Assembly: GCA_963577905.1 (NCBI GenBank)
Contig: CAUYZR010000001.1
Location: 66 to 64,065 of the forward strand
Origin: Candidatus Thalassarchaeaceae archaeon
GTDB taxonomy: Archaea > Thermoplasmatota > Poseidoniia > MGIII > CG-Epi1
Reading direction: 5' to 3'
Length of the DNA: 64,000 nt
The stretch's first letter is position 1. Each line of letters opens with the position of its first letter. This document shows positions 47,174 through 57,578 of the stretch, piece by piece. A model generated the notes under the pieces. It had not been told where the DNA came from. It searched no databases and was given only the letters and a program-made list of their open reading frames with translations. Both the position numbers and the translations under genes were made by a program.

Positions 47174-47805
47174 TGGAACAACTCTGGATTTATTGTGAGA
47201 TGTGTGAGGAGGAGAGTTCTCATGAGATTCTCAAAAGTAAGACCTCCACTAGGCGCGGTTTCAGTTTTCAGGGAGTTGTCCAGTGCCTTGAATGCAATAC
47301 AACAGGCCATGCAGAAATTAAAGAGGATCCCCCTCTCTCACTGAAATTGCGCCTATCTGATGATAATGAGACCCTCAATAATACTTTAGATGTGGACCGT
47401 GGTGTTCTAATCAGAGTTGGTCAGACTCGACCGCATCCGGATGGCCTCATTCTTATTACTAGCCTTGAATTGGGCAATAAACGCCCGTCACAGGCATTCT
47501 CACAGGAAAGGCCTATTGTATGGGCCAAGAGGGCAACTCATGCTAAAGTTCGTTTTGCAATTCATGAGGGCGAATCCACCAGTTCCTTCAAACAGGAATT
47601 TGAATCCGAGAAAGAATTCTATGTAGGTATGTTGCTACAACTTCAGGGCAGACGTTCTAAAGTCAAAGCGATAAATTTGCTTGGCGGTAAATCCGTAAAA
47701 GTAGCATTTGCTTCAGAGATATCAAGAGTTACGTGCTTTTATTTAGCAGATAATAAGTCAAGGCGCAAGGAATCGAAATCTAATGGAAGAAGAAATCGAA
47801 ATTGA
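47173..47805 (+). CDS. Archaeal Zn-finger protein (HVO_0476-like)
   Basis: CEMC...HEILK...CLEC, ITSLE. Confidence 0.75.
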   Translation: MEQLWIYCEMCEEESSHEILKSKTSTRRGFSFQGVVQCLECNTTGHAEIKEDPPLSLKLRLSDDNETLNNTLDVDRGVLIRVGQTRPHPDGLILITSLELGNKRPSQAFSQERPIVWAKRATHAKVRFAIHEGESTSSFKQEFESEKEFYVGMLLQLQGRRSKVKAINLLGGKSVKVAFASEISRVTCFYLADNKSRRKESKSNGRRNRN

Positions 47806-48988
47806 TCCTGAAATAAAAGATTTGGATAAACCGTCTTCCGACGAAAAGTTGAATACAAGACCGAAGATAATAACAAATTTTGAAATTCTCCAGATAATAT
47901 TTTCTAGAAAAACTGCTCCCCACGCTGTAGCATTGTCTATTTTCTTGATTGTTTTGGGTGTACTTAGCCAGAGTTCCAGTCAATTCTTGGTAGATCTGAT
48001 TCTGATATTGGGATTCGGTTTTTCGGTGGGATATCTCATGACTGCCGTCCTGATGCGTTTTGATTTCGTAAGAAATTTTTCAATAGGGAACTATCGCACC
48101 ATATTGGTAGTTCCGCTCACGTTATCATCGCTAGTGTCTCTGTCAATTTGGTATGTATTTGGTTTTACAGAGTATGGCGATCGTTTGAAGGACCTATTGT
48201 CCTTGGGCTTGGTAGTTATCTTTGTGATCTGGCAGTTTGCCCAAGCTTGGTGGATGCGCGTCCCATTCAAGGAACTGGCTATTAGCCGAATGTCCAAGGT
48301 AGTGAGTAGAGACCAATCTAGTTTTGGGAAATTGGCCAACGTTATTTCTCCTCTCTTCTGGTCAATAATGGGTTTTGGTATATTCTCATTTCTGGAGTCC
48401 CAAGGTACTGATTTCAGTTCCACGTTCAAGATAACGTGGTTTGTGATTATGGCATTTCTAGGTTCAGTAACATTTTACCTTCTTTTCCGTATGAATTCAA
48501 AACACTGGTCAGACCCTATGATATCGGTTTTTTCTGCATACTTTGCTATTGGTTATTGGGGTTTTCTGGCCTATCATGTAGGTGTCATGTTATATTCTCG
48601 TGAGAATCAACCCAGTTTCGTGTTTGATTTGATATTTATGGTCATTACGATTATGCTGGTCATATACTCTCTATCGGCTCAGGCCCTTCGGTCCGAAACA
48701 AGGAATGAAGCGAGTGATAGCAAACCTAGGAGCAATATTTTGAATCGCCATAATGTTATCTTCTATGCAATTTCTTTCACTGCAGCTTATGGTGCAAGTA
48801 GCTTTTTCCTCGCTTCCAAGGGAACCCTGTTCGTGGATAATATCAAAAGTGTGGGTTTCATCTCCCACTTGATAGTAATCGTATCAGGGATATTAGTCTT
48901 ATTACTGGTCAACTATACTGCATTGGTAGGCCGAGGTCTGATTGATCGGGGTTTCGTAGAGTCGATACGTACCCCAAAGGATAATTAG
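47783..48988 (+). CDS. Multi-pass membrane protein of unknown function
   Basis: About 10 hydrophobic segments. Confidence 0.75.
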   Translation: MEEEIEIDPEIKDLDKPSSDEKLNTRPKIITNFEILQIIFSRKTAPHAVALSIFLIVLGVLSQSSSQFLVDLILILGFGFSVGYLMTAVLMRFDFVRNFSIGNYRTILVVPLTLSSLVSLSIWYVFGFTEYGDRLKDLLSLGLVVIFVIWQFAQAWWMRVPFKELAISRMSKVVSRDQSSFGKLANVISPLFWSIMGFGIFSFLESQGTDFSSTFKITWFVIMAFLGSVTFYLLFRMNSKHWSDPMISVFSAYFAIGYWGFLAYHVGVMLYSRENQPSFVFDLIFMVITIMLVIYSLSAQALRSETRNEASDSKPRSNILNRHNVIFYAISFTAAYGASSFFLASKGTLFVDNIKSVGFISHLIVIVSGILVLLLVNYTALVGRGLIDRGFVESIRTPKDN

Positions 48989-49008
48989 TATATTCGAATT
49001 AACAAATC

Positions 49009-49236
49009 ATGAATTGGTTGGGATTGTTCACTTTGAGTTCCGCCACAGACCCTGAGTTGGCACCTCATGCCTATCTGCTTTATCTTTTGCTTTGGACATT
49101 TTTTGTTGGTTTGTTTGTTTTATTCTTATTTCCAGTTATAGGTAAAACTCTTGGGTTCATAGTAATAACTATTCTGATATTGGTTTTTGTGTCAATGATC
49201 GTATATTTCCATAAAACCGGTCTTTTTGCAGATTAG
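49009..49236 (+). CDS. Small membrane protein
   Basis: 75 aa, two TM helices. Confidence 0.65.
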   Translation: MNWLGLFTLSSATDPELAPHAYLLYLLLWTFFVGLFVLFLFPVIGKTLGFIVITILILVFVSMIVYFHKTGLFAD

Positions 49237-49662
49237 TTAATAAGTTATTTCAGTTCTATTTCCAAATCCTTTAGTATTGTCTATGAGTCTCGCCCATGTT
49301 ATTCTGAATTCGTACAAATTCACTTTTTCCAATGCTTTTGATAATTCCTCATTGGTTCTTATGTAGGGATATTTTCTGAGGTAATTTTCCCAGTATTTTT
49401 CGTTGGCCTGATTTAGTTCACCTTTAAGCTGTAATCCTTTGATTTCTTTCCATTCCAGTCCATCGTCCTGTATAGTTGCGGCACACATCTTGTTTATTTC
49501 TAAGTTCTTGATGTGATCAGATTCAGGACTGCTAATGAATACAAGTGAAGTTGATTTCTTGATGATTGCATAGAATACGGCTGCAGCCCCAGTTCCACCC
49601 TTGCCATGGGTGGCTAGAGTCATGGTATTGTGATTCTCCATAAATTCGGGGATATCATCCAT
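49237..49662 (-). CDS. Pyridoxamine 5'-phosphate oxidase-like FMN-binding protein (YhbP-like)
   Basis: TMTLAT, AAVFY, SDHIKN, IKGLQLKG, DNTKGFG. Confidence 0.8.
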   Translation of the reverse strand: MDDIPEFMENHNTMTLATHGKGGTGAAAVFYAIIKKSTSLVFISSPESDHIKNLEINKMCAATIQDDGLEWKEIKGLQLKGELNQANEKYWENYLRKYPYIRTNEELSKALEKVNLYEFRITWARLIDNTKGFGNRTEITY

Positions 49663-49735
49663 TATACAATCGACATTAGGCTTAAGTTTATAATATAGTC
49701 CGTGTGGCGCCTCATTCCCGTCGAGGTTTATTCAC

Positions 49736-50188
49736 GTGACAACACATTATGACGTACCCGGAGAGCACTTGGTTGGCGCGCTTGCCAACAGCCTAAAGAG
49801 CGTGGATGCTATTCAACCTCCCGATTGGTCAAATTTTGTCAAGACTTCAATGCATAAGGAACAATCACCAACACAGCCAGACTGGTGGTATTTCCGGACT
49901 GCCTCAGTTCTTAGAAAGATTGGTGTTAATGGCCCCATTGGGACAGAACGTTTATCCCGTCACTATTCAGGAGCCCATGATAGAGGTTCTAAGCCCAATC
50001 GAAGCAGTAATGGAAGTCGAAAGGTGCTTAGATTAATAATGCAACAACTCGAGATTGCAGGTTTCATAGCAAAATCGAAAAAGAGCGGCCGGCGTTTAAC
50101 ACCCAAAGGGCAGTCTGTGTTAGATAATACAGCCTTTGTTGTCAAGAAGAAACTGGAAAAGGAGATGAGTTCACTCAAAAAATACTAA
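49736..50188 (+). CDS. rps19e: 30S ribosomal protein S19e
   Basis: [37 protein letters not shown]. Confidence 0.96.
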   Translation: MTTHYDVPGEHLVGALANSLKSVDAIQPPDWSNFVKTSMHKEQSPTQPDWWYFRTASVLRKIGVNGPIGTERLSRHYSGAHDRGSKPNRSSNGSRKVLRLIMQQLEIAGFIAKSKKSGRRLTPKGQSVLDNTAFVVKKKLEKEMSSLKKY

Positions 50189-50343
50189 TGTCAAGTAGGA
50201 AAGCTTATGCCCGTAAATTACGCTTGAATAGATTAGTTAAACGTAATCGCAGAGTCCCAGCCTGGGTGATTCAGAGAACCAACAGGAGATTCACTAACCA
50301 TCCTAAACGCCACTTCTGGCGTCGTGGTAAACTTCACAGGTGA
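50188..50343 (+). CDS. rpl39e: 50S ribosomal protein L39e
   Basis: Translated by hand: [51 protein letters not shown]. Not in ORF track. Confidence 0.95.
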   Translation: MSSRKAYARKLRLNRLVKRNRRVPAWVIQRTNRRFTNHPKRHFWRRGKLHR

Positions 50344-50348
50344 TATGA

Positions 50349-50675
50349 ATGGTTGACGATGAATTAATGCTGGAAAGGTTGTACACAATTCCATTGCGCA
50401 AGCTTCACAAGGTTCCACGCACTCGTAGAGCTCCTGTAGCAATAAGAATGGTTGAGGATTTCATAACTAGGCACATGAAACCCGAAAGAGATGGTGAGAT
50501 ATTGACAACCACATCTGAGGCCCGTAGGGGAAGTGGTGAGGAGAAGCAGCTGTTTATCGATCCACCTGTAAATCAATATATCTGGTCTCGTGGAATCGAA
50601 AAACCACCTTCAAAGGTTCGCGTAAGAGCTTTGAAATTTGAAGATGGTAGCGTAGTGGTACACCTCGCCGAATAA
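50349..50675 (+). CDS. rpl31e: 50S ribosomal protein L31e
   Basis: ERLYTIPL, RAPVAI, RHMK, IWSRGIEKPPSKVRV. Confidence 0.94.
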   Translation: MVDDELMLERLYTIPLRKLHKVPRTRRAPVAIRMVEDFITRHMKPERDGEILTTTSEARRGSGEEKQLFIDPPVNQYIWSRGIEKPPSKVRVRALKFEDGSVVVHLAE

Positions 50676-50679
50676 CCCC

Positions 50680-51357
50680 ATGGCCTTACTTCAAAGGGAT
50701 CTTTTCAATAGTCCTTATGTGGGTGTTTTTTGCACTACTAATGAGGTTCTGACCTTGATACCTCCAGGCATACCTAAGGATGATGTAGAGGCTATTTCTG
50801 GTGCTTTAGGGACCACAGTTGAACCTGTCACTATAGGTGGTAGTCGTGTGGTGGGAACTCTAGTGGCTATGAATGGTCATGGATTACTGGTTTCAAACAT
50901 AGCGACATCTCGTGAAATTGAAAAATTAGAGAAGTTAGCTTCTGATTTTAATTTACGACTGGGAGTAATATCTGATCGTTCCAATGCAATAGGAAACAAT
51001 TTTCTGGTCAATGACAGTGGAGGGTTCTGCAATGAGAGGCTGGGCTCCCAAACAAGAGAATTAGCACAAGAGATTCTTGGAGTAGAAATAACACCTAAAT
51101 CATTGAATCAGATGGATACCTTGGGCATGATTTGCTGTGTGACTAACAAGGGAGGGCTTTGCCATCCTGACATAGAAGCCCAAGATCGGGAAAGGATGGA
51201 AAGAAGTCTAGCTGTTCCTATTATGGAGGGAACTGTAAACTTCGGTATGCCCTTGGTAGGCGCTGGGGTTGTAGCCTCATCGAAAGGGGCAGTCTGTGGT
51301 AGGCAAAGTACAGGTGTAGAATTGGGTAGAGTTGAAGAGGCCCTCAGTCTTTTTTAA
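50680..51357 (+). CDS. eif6: Translation initiation factor 6 (aIF6)
   Basis: SPYVGVF, NAIGN, TNKGGLCHP, GTVNFG, STGVELGRVEEAL. Confidence 0.95.
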   Translation: MALLQRDLFNSPYVGVFCTTNEVLTLIPPGIPKDDVEAISGALGTTVEPVTIGGSRVVGTLVAMNGHGLLVSNIATSREIEKLEKLASDFNLRLGVISDRSNAIGNNFLVNDSGGFCNERLGSQTRELAQEILGVEITPKSLNQMDTLGMICCVTNKGGLCHPDIEAQDRERMERSLAVPIMEGTVNFGMPLVGAGVVASSKGAVCGRQSTGVELGRVEEALSLF

Positions 51358-51868
51358 GCTTAGAAAGAATACTTGTTACAGCCCCAATCTCCGTATCCAA
51401 TCCAAGTTTGATTTTCTTACTGGTAATATCAAGATGATAATTGGAGTTTGACATTATTCCCTTTGTAATTTGGTTCCGATGTTCGTCACAACCAAATACC
51501 AAGGCAATTTTCTCGTTCTTGGCCAAGGTTGCAATATTGTGGTAATTCTTTGATTTGACCTTATCTGGTTCAGACGTACAAATTACAATAGTTCCTACAT
51601 TCTCCGGTAAAGGTAATTTTGTAATTTGCACCCATCCTTTTTTTGCCAATTCGATGAATCTTTGCCCCCCTTTTCCAATGCTAGTCGAGGGGGCCATTTT
51701 TTTAGCAAATTCAGTAGGTGAATCCCTTATTCCAAAATTGGCCAAGGTTAGGTGTAAATCATACGCGATACAGAGAGGTACAACTCTAGCAATCCATCGT
51801 CGATGAATCTCACTTATTTCATCACTTTTTCTAGTGTTTAACAGTACTACGTTTAGGGGTGGTGTCAC
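51344..51868 (-). CDS. DUF531-like SPOUT-fold protein
   Basis: EIHRRWIAR..PLCIAYDLHL, TSIGKGG, YHLDIT, LDTEIG. Confidence 0.75.
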   Translation of the reverse strand: MTPPLNVVLLNTRKSDEISEIHRRWIARVVPLCIAYDLHLTLANFGIRDSPTEFAKKMAPSTSIGKGGQRFIELAKKGWVQITKLPLPENVGTIVICTSEPDKVKSKNYHNIATLAKNEKIALVFGCDEHRNQITKGIMSNSNYHLDITSKKIKLGLDTEIGAVTSILSKLKKD

Positions 51869-51938
51869 TATGCCGTTAGGGGAGTCCCTTTTAAGGGGGT
51901 ATATTCATACGCTTTAGTATTAATTTGAGGGTAAAATC

Positions 51939-54524
51939 TTGACAGAAGAAACTACAGATACAATTCTAAAAATTAGCATAGAGAAGGAGATGCGTAAGTC
52001 CTATTTGGATTATGCGATGTCAGTTATTGTAGGGCGTGCGCTACCTGATGCTAGGGATGGCCTCAAACCAGTGCATCGCAGAGTTCTCTATGCCATGAAA
52101 GAGATGGGTTCAGGGTCTCGTTCAGCCTATAAGAAATCAGCTAGGATTGTTGGAGATACCATGGGAAAATATCACCCCCATGGAGATCAGTCCATTTACG
52201 ATACGATGGTACGGATGGCTCAGGATTTTTCACTACGTTACCCACTGGTAGATGGTCAAGGCAATTTCGGTTCTGTTGATGGTGATAAAGCGGCAGCCAT
52301 GCGTTATACTGAGTCACGTCTGGCTTTGATCGCAGATTCAGTTCTATCGGACATTGATGAAGGTACGGTTAACTTTAGGGAGAATTATGACGGTTCATTA
52401 CAAGAGCCGACCGTTCTTCCAGGTCTGCTTCCAGGTCTTTTGGTCAATGGTTCATCAGGTATAGCAGTAGGTATGGCTACCAATATGGCACCGCACAATC
52501 TGTCTGAAATTATTGCTGCTTTAAATCTGTTAATTGAGAACTCTAGAATTCCACTCGCTGAGATAATGGCCGTCCTTCCAGGTCCCGACTTTCCCACAGG
52601 AGGTACAATAATGGGGCGCAAGGGAATTTTTGATGCGTATACTGTTGGTCAGGGATCGGTTAAGATGAGAGCAAAGATAATTCATGAATCTGATGATAAA
52701 AATGAATATCTAATAGTTACAGAGCTTCCTTTCATGGTTCAGAAGAATCGTCTTTTGGAAGAGATTTCCAAGATGATACGTGACAAGAAAATAGAAGGTA
52801 TCCGGGATATCCGGGACGAGTCTGATCAAAAAGGGATGCGTGTTGTATTCGAGTTGAAGCGAGACTCTTCACCTATGATTGTTGAGAATCAACTGTACAA
52901 ACATTCAGTTCTTGAGACAAGTTTTGCGATAAATAATGTAGCTTTGGTTAAGGGCCAACCTAAACGCATGAATCTGATTGAACTTTTGAAGGTTTATTTG
53001 ACCCATCGTCGGGAAATTGTCACCAGACGTACTAAATATCGATTAAAGAAGGCAGAGGACAGAGCTCACATTGTGGAAGGTTTATTGCTAGCCATATCGA
53101 AAATGGATAAGGTGATAGCATTTATCAGAGGTGCGGCAGGTCGAGACGCAGTTATAGATGGTCTACAGAAGAAGTTCTCACTGAGCAAAATCCAATCCAA
53201 AGCAATTGCAGATATGCGACTTTATCAACTATCACAGCAGGATGCAGATGAAAGAAGGAAAGAATTAGAGGATCTCAAAAATACAATGGCTGAGCTGAAA
53301 TCAATTTTGGATGATCGTGACAAGGTAATGTCTATAATCAAGGAAGAGCTACAGCAGTTGGACGAGAAACATGGTGATGCGCGAAGGTCAGTCATATCTG
53401 ATTTCGATGGAGATTTGAATACAGAGGATCTCATTCCTCGTTCTCAAGTGGTTGTAATGCGTACCTTTGAGGGGTACATTAAACGTGTTGGTCTGGATGA
53501 GTATCAGGCCCAGCATAGGGGAGGCAAGGGTAGAATAGGAATCAAAGCCAAGGAAGGGGATTTCCCCGTCGAATTGTATTCTATGGGTTCACATGACTAT
53601 ATTTTGTTCTTTACCACGGCAGGCAGTATGTATTTCCTGAAGGCTTGGCAAATTCCAGATGTATCTCGTTACTCCAAGGGAACGCCATTGGTCCAGTTAC
53701 TTCAGAAATTGGATGAAGGACGTAAAGAAAAGGACGAGAAAGTACTATGTATGCTACCAGTTGCTAACATTAGTGGCGATGGTCACTATTTCTTGTTTGC
53801 AACTAAGAAGGGAATTATCAAGAAGACACGCCTAGAGGAATATTCGTCCAGAATTAAACGAGCTTGGGCCAGTGATCAGGGCTTCCGAGCTATTACTCTC
53901 AAGGATAAGGATGAATTAAGAGGAGTTGCTATTTCAGAGGGCGATAGTCAGGTTATGCTTGCAAGCAAAGGAGGTATGGCCAATCGTTTTTCGGAAGGTG
54001 AAGTAAGAATAGTGGGCCGTAATGGTCAAGGTGTTATTGGAATGCGTCTGAAGGATAAGGATGAGGTTATTGGCATGGCCTTAGTAGATGATGATGAGAT
54101 TCTGTTAACTATAACAGAGAAAGGATATGGTAAGAGAGCCAATGCAGATAATTACCGATTAACTAGGCGTGGTGCCAAGGGAGTTCTCAATATCAAAGTC
54201 GACGAAAAGAGTGGATATGTTGTCGCCATTATGACGCCTGGTGACGCTAATCAGATTTTGGCAACTACCTCTTCTGGAAAAGTTATTCGCACCCATGTTG
54301 ATACTATAAGACTGATTGCGCGTTTTGGCCGTGGTGTAAAAGTGATGGCAGTTGATGATGATGAGACTGTTGTCGCTGTAGCCCTGCATAATGAAGATGA
54401 TGAGGAGAGGAATGTCGACCCTCATAGCAATGGAGAAGTGTGCTCAGAATGCAAATCTGGAAAACTGGTCCTTGATGACGGAAAATATGTGTGCGGTACA
54501 TGTGGATTGATTAAGGATGCGTGA
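51939..54524 (+). CDS. gyrA: DNA gyrase subunit A
   Basis: [31 protein letters not shown] (catalytic Tyr), GyrA-box QHRGGKG, beta-pinwheel repeats. Confidence 0.97.
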   Translation: MTEETTDTILKISIEKEMRKSYLDYAMSVIVGRALPDARDGLKPVHRRVLYAMKEMGSGSRSAYKKSARIVGDTMGKYHPHGDQSIYDTMVRMAQDFSLRYPLVDGQGNFGSVDGDKAAAMRYTESRLALIADSVLSDIDEGTVNFRENYDGSLQEPTVLPGLLPGLLVNGSSGIAVGMATNMAPHNLSEIIAALNLLIENSRIPLAEIMAVLPGPDFPTGGTIMGRKGIFDAYTVGQGSVKMRAKIIHESDDKNEYLIVTELPFMVQKNRLLEEISKMIRDKKIEGIRDIRDESDQKGMRVVFELKRDSSPMIVENQLYKHSVLETSFAINNVALVKGQPKRMNLIELLKVYLTHRREIVTRRTKYRLKKAEDRAHIVEGLLLAISKMDKVIAFIRGAAGRDAVIDGLQKKFSLSKIQSKAIADMRLYQLSQQDADERRKELEDLKNTMAELKSILDDRDKVMSIIKEELQQLDEKHGDARRSVISDFDGDLNTEDLIPRSQVVVMRTFEGYIKRVGLDEYQAQHRGGKGRIGIKAKEGDFPVELYSMGSHDYILFFTTAGSMYFLKAWQIPDVSRYSKGTPLVQLLQKLDEGRKEKDEKVLCMLPVANISGDGHYFLFATKKGIIKKTRLEEYSSRIKRAWASDQGFRAITLKDKDELRGVAISEGDSQVMLASKGGMANRFSEGEVRIVGRNGQGVIGMRLKDKDEVIGMALVDDDEILLTITEKGYGKRANADNYRLTRRGAKGVLNIKVDEKSGYVVAIMTPGDANQILATTSSGKVIRTHVDTIRLIARFGRGVKVMAVDDDETVVAVALHNEDDEERNVDPHSNGEVCSECKSGKLVLDDGKYVCGTCGLIKDA

Positions 54525-55446
54525 GAACCCAGTAGACGATATTGCTATTGATTCCAAGACAACGCTTGCCGATTTAAATTCGCAGTTTGCAAAAGCAGGT
54601 GGTTTTGTTGCAGTCAAGGTCGCTACCGCCACATCCATAATTCAGGATATGAATCAAGGAGAATGTACCAAATTTATTTCATTCCCAGCAGACATTATGG
54701 CAACCGGGACCCGAGGCCTGCTTCGACAATTTGTGGAAAGAGGAATGATCGATGTGATTGTCACTACTTGTGGAACTCTAGATCATGACATAGCTAGAGT
54801 ACTGTCCGATTATTATCACGGTGATTTTGTGATGGATGATCAACAATTGAGGAAGGAAGGCGTTAATCGTCTGGGGAATGTTCTGATTCCTGATGAATCG
54901 TATGGAATCCCGATTGAAAACTGGATCCAGCCGATTCTCTCTGAACTTTATAATAAGGACAAGCGCTGGATTCCCTGGAGGATCTGGCATGAGCTTGGAT
55001 TGAGACTAGCAGACGAGGAAAAAGGTTCAGAATCATTGCTGGCAACCTGTGCCAAGAAAGGTATCAAGGTCTTTGTTCCAGGTCCAACAGACGGAGCAGT
55101 CGGTTCACAACTCTGGATGTTCTGGCAAACTCACAAGGATTTTACTTTAGATATTTTAGCCGAAGAGCATGAACTCTCAGATATTGTACACGAAGCTGAT
55201 TCAACAGGTGCAATAATAGTTGGAGGCGGAATCTCCAAACATCATACGATCTGGTGGAATCAATTCCGAAACGGTCTAGATTATGCAGTCCAAGTCACTA
55301 CAGCTCCCGAATGGGATGGTTCTCTCAGTGGTGCCCGTGTGCGTGAAGCAGTTTCCTGGGGCAAGGTACAACCTAAAGCAAGACGCATAACAGTCGAGGG
55401 AGATGCTACGGTGCTGCTACCCTTGATTCTGGGTCCATTATTATGA
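54517..55446 (+). CDS. dys: Deoxyhypusine synthase
   Basis: [49 protein letters not shown]. Confidence 0.94.
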   Translation: MRENPVDDIAIDSKTTLADLNSQFAKAGGFVAVKVATATSIIQDMNQGECTKFISFPADIMATGTRGLLRQFVERGMIDVIVTTCGTLDHDIARVLSDYYHGDFVMDDQQLRKEGVNRLGNVLIPDESYGIPIENWIQPILSELYNKDKRWIPWRIWHELGLRLADEEKGSESLLATCAKKGIKVFVPGPTDGAVGSQLWMFWQTHKDFTLDILAEEHELSDIVHEADSTGAIIVGGGISKHHTIWWNQFRNGLDYAVQVTTAPEWDGSLSGARVREAVSWGKVQPKARRITVEGDATVLLPLILGPLL

Positions 55447-56204
55447 GAGCTATAGTCCGTGGGATACCCTCTTCTTATGAGAAAGGGCTGGCAAAATATT
55501 TCGGCACTGGTCCTACAGACATAGAAGAGGCCAGGTCCCAGCACAAATCCTATGTTGCTAAGCTCATGGAGCTTGGAGTTACAGTTAAGGAAATAGAACC
55601 ACATGATTCCTATCCAGATTGCTGTTTTGTAGAGGATCATGCTGTTGTCGCGGGTGATTCGGCCTTGATTACGAATACCGGCCATGATAGCCGACTCGGA
55701 GAGAAGGCAGCAGTCCAAGGCGCCTTGGAAGAGGATTTAAACCTAGTTTTCATGGAGTCTGAGGCTAGAATGGATGGTGGCGACGTCCTTCAGTTTGGTA
55801 ATCAATTTCTGGTTGGTAACAGTACTAGGACCAATGAGGCTGGAATTCAGTGTCTGAAGGATTTTGTTGAAGCCCGCGGTTTTATGATGTATGTAATTCA
55901 GGTCCCTAGTAATTCATTGCATCTGATTTCAATTTGTACTTCTCCTATTCCTGAAGTTCTACTGGCACCTAAAGGCTGGTTCACTCGATCTGATTTTCCA
56001 TCCGATGCTGAAATTCTCTGGATTCCTGATAAGGAAGCCTATGCAGCAAATGTATTGTCATTTGGGAAGGATGTAATGGTTGCAGCTGGTTATCCTCATA
56101 CTTCTCGATTGCTGGAAAATAAAGATTTGACCTTGCATTCCATGGAGATGTCCCAATTCAAGGCTGCAGATGGGTCTCTTACTTGTCTTTCAGTCTTGTA
56201 TTAA
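55443..56204 (+). CDS. Dimethylarginine dimethylaminohydrolase / amidinotransferase superfamily hydrolase
   Basis: PDCCFVED, SRLGE, DGGDVL, RTN, LHL, DGSLTCLS (Asp/His/Cys catalytic set). Confidence 0.88.
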   Translation: MRAIVRGIPSSYEKGLAKYFGTGPTDIEEARSQHKSYVAKLMELGVTVKEIEPHDSYPDCCFVEDHAVVAGDSALITNTGHDSRLGEKAAVQGALEEDLNLVFMESEARMDGGDVLQFGNQFLVGNSTRTNEAGIQCLKDFVEARGFMMYVIQVPSNSLHLISICTSPIPEVLLAPKGWFTRSDFPSDAEILWIPDKEAYAANVLSFGKDVMVAAGYPHTSRLLENKDLTLHSMEMSQFKAADGSLTCLSVLY

Positions 56205-56237
56205 TAACTATAATTCTTAATACAATATCCTAATTGA

Positions 56238-57578
56238 TTGAGCCTTATGGTAGTGATTGATAGTCCTGCAAAGATAGAGAATGCTTCGGGAAGGTTGGGG
56301 GTTCTGATGCCAGGTCTTGGAGCTGTAAGCACTACTTTCATTGCAGGGACATTAGCCATTCGAAATGGCCTGTCCAGACCGATAGGTTCATTGACTCAAA
56401 TGGGTTCTTTGCGGCTTGGAAAAAGAACCGAAAAGCGCGAAGTCGATATCAAGGATTTTGTTCCTTTAGCCAATCTCGATGATCTGGTTTTTGGAGGTTG
56501 GGATATATTCGAGGATAATTGCTATGAAGCGGCCGTCAAGGCCGGTGTCATCGATGTATCTCTTTTAGATCAAATAAAGCCCGAGTTGTCATCAATAAAA
56601 CCTATGAAGGCGGTTTTCGAGAAGAAATTCGTGAAGAAATTAGATGGCACTTATGTAAAATCAGCCAAAGGCCATCGAAAACGGATAGAAGCTCTCAGGC
56701 AAGATATACGGAATTTTAAGAAAGAAAATAAGGTTGACCGGGTGGTCATGATATGGTGCGGTAGTACGGAAGTCTATCAAGAACCCAAAGATTCAATTTA
56801 CGAGTCGTTTGAGTCATTTGAGAAGGCGTTGGACTCGGATAATCCTTCCATTGCCCCTTCAATTTTGTATGCCTATGCTGCTCTGAAAGAAGGTGTGCCC
56901 TATGCCAATGGAGCTCCTAATCTGTCTGTTGATTTTGATGCAATGTATTCCTTGGCATCCCAGGAGGGGGTACCAATTGCGGGCAAGGATTTCAAAACAG
57001 GTCAGACACTCATGAAGACTATTTTGGCACCAGGTTTCAAGGCTCGTAGGATAGGTATAGATGGTTGGTTCTCGACCAATATTCTGGGAAATAGGGACGG
57101 TGAGGTACTGGACGATCCCGATTCTTTCAAGACCAAGGAAGTATCTAAACTGGGCGTCCTCGAGCAAATACTGGAACCTGAAAAATATCCTGAATTGTAC
57201 GGAGATTTATACCACAAAGTTCGAATAAACTATTATCCCCCTAGAGGAGACAACAAGGAAGGGTGGGACAACATTGACATCAAGGGTTGGTTGGACTATC
57301 CAATGCAGATAAAGGTGAATTTCTTGTGCAGGGACTCAATTCTAGCTGCTCCGTTAGTTCTTGATCTGGCCCTCTTCCTTGATTTATCAAATAGAGCAGG
57401 TATGCACGGTATTCAGGAATGGCTTTCGTTCTATTTCAAGTCACCAATGTGCAATCCGGATTTGTATCCGATACATGATCTGTTCGCACAGAAGGCCAAG
57501 CTGGAGAACACGCTTCGCCATTTAATGGGTGAGACTCTCATTACTCACCTTGGTCTGGATTATTATTACGAGGAATGA
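56238..57578 (+). CDS. ino1: Myo-inositol-1-phosphate synthase
   Basis: GLGAV, FGGWD, GKDFKTGQT, NILGNRDG, RDSILAAPLVLDL, SFYFKSP. Confidence 0.94.
   Translation: MSLMVVIDSPAKIENASGRLGVLMPGLGAVSTTFIAGTLAIRNGLSRPIGSLTQMGSLRLGKRTEKREVDIKDFVPLANLDDLVFGGWDIFEDNCYEAAVKAGVIDVSLLDQIKPELSSIKPMKAVFEKKFVKKLDGTYVKSAKGHRKRIEALRQDIRNFKKENKVDRVVMIWCGSTEVYQEPKDSIYESFESFEKALDSDNPSIAPSILYAYAALKEGVPYANGAPNLSVDFDAMYSLASQEGVPIAGKDFKTGQTLMKTILAPGFKARRIGIDGWFSTNILGNRDGEVLDDPDSFKTKEVSKLGVLEQILEPEKYPELYGDLYHKVRINYYPPRGDNKEGWDNIDIKGWLDYPMQIKVNFLCRDSILAAPLVLDLALFLDLSNRAGMHGIQEWLSFYFKSPMCNPDLYPIHDLFAQKAKLENTLRHLMGETLITHLGLDYYYEE

Noticed and set aside
15713..54524. Inteins in Lhr, Top6B, TopA or GyrA; tRNA introns
   Set aside because: Catalytic motifs are contiguous with no C...HN intein blocks, and all five tRNAs have canonical lengths.
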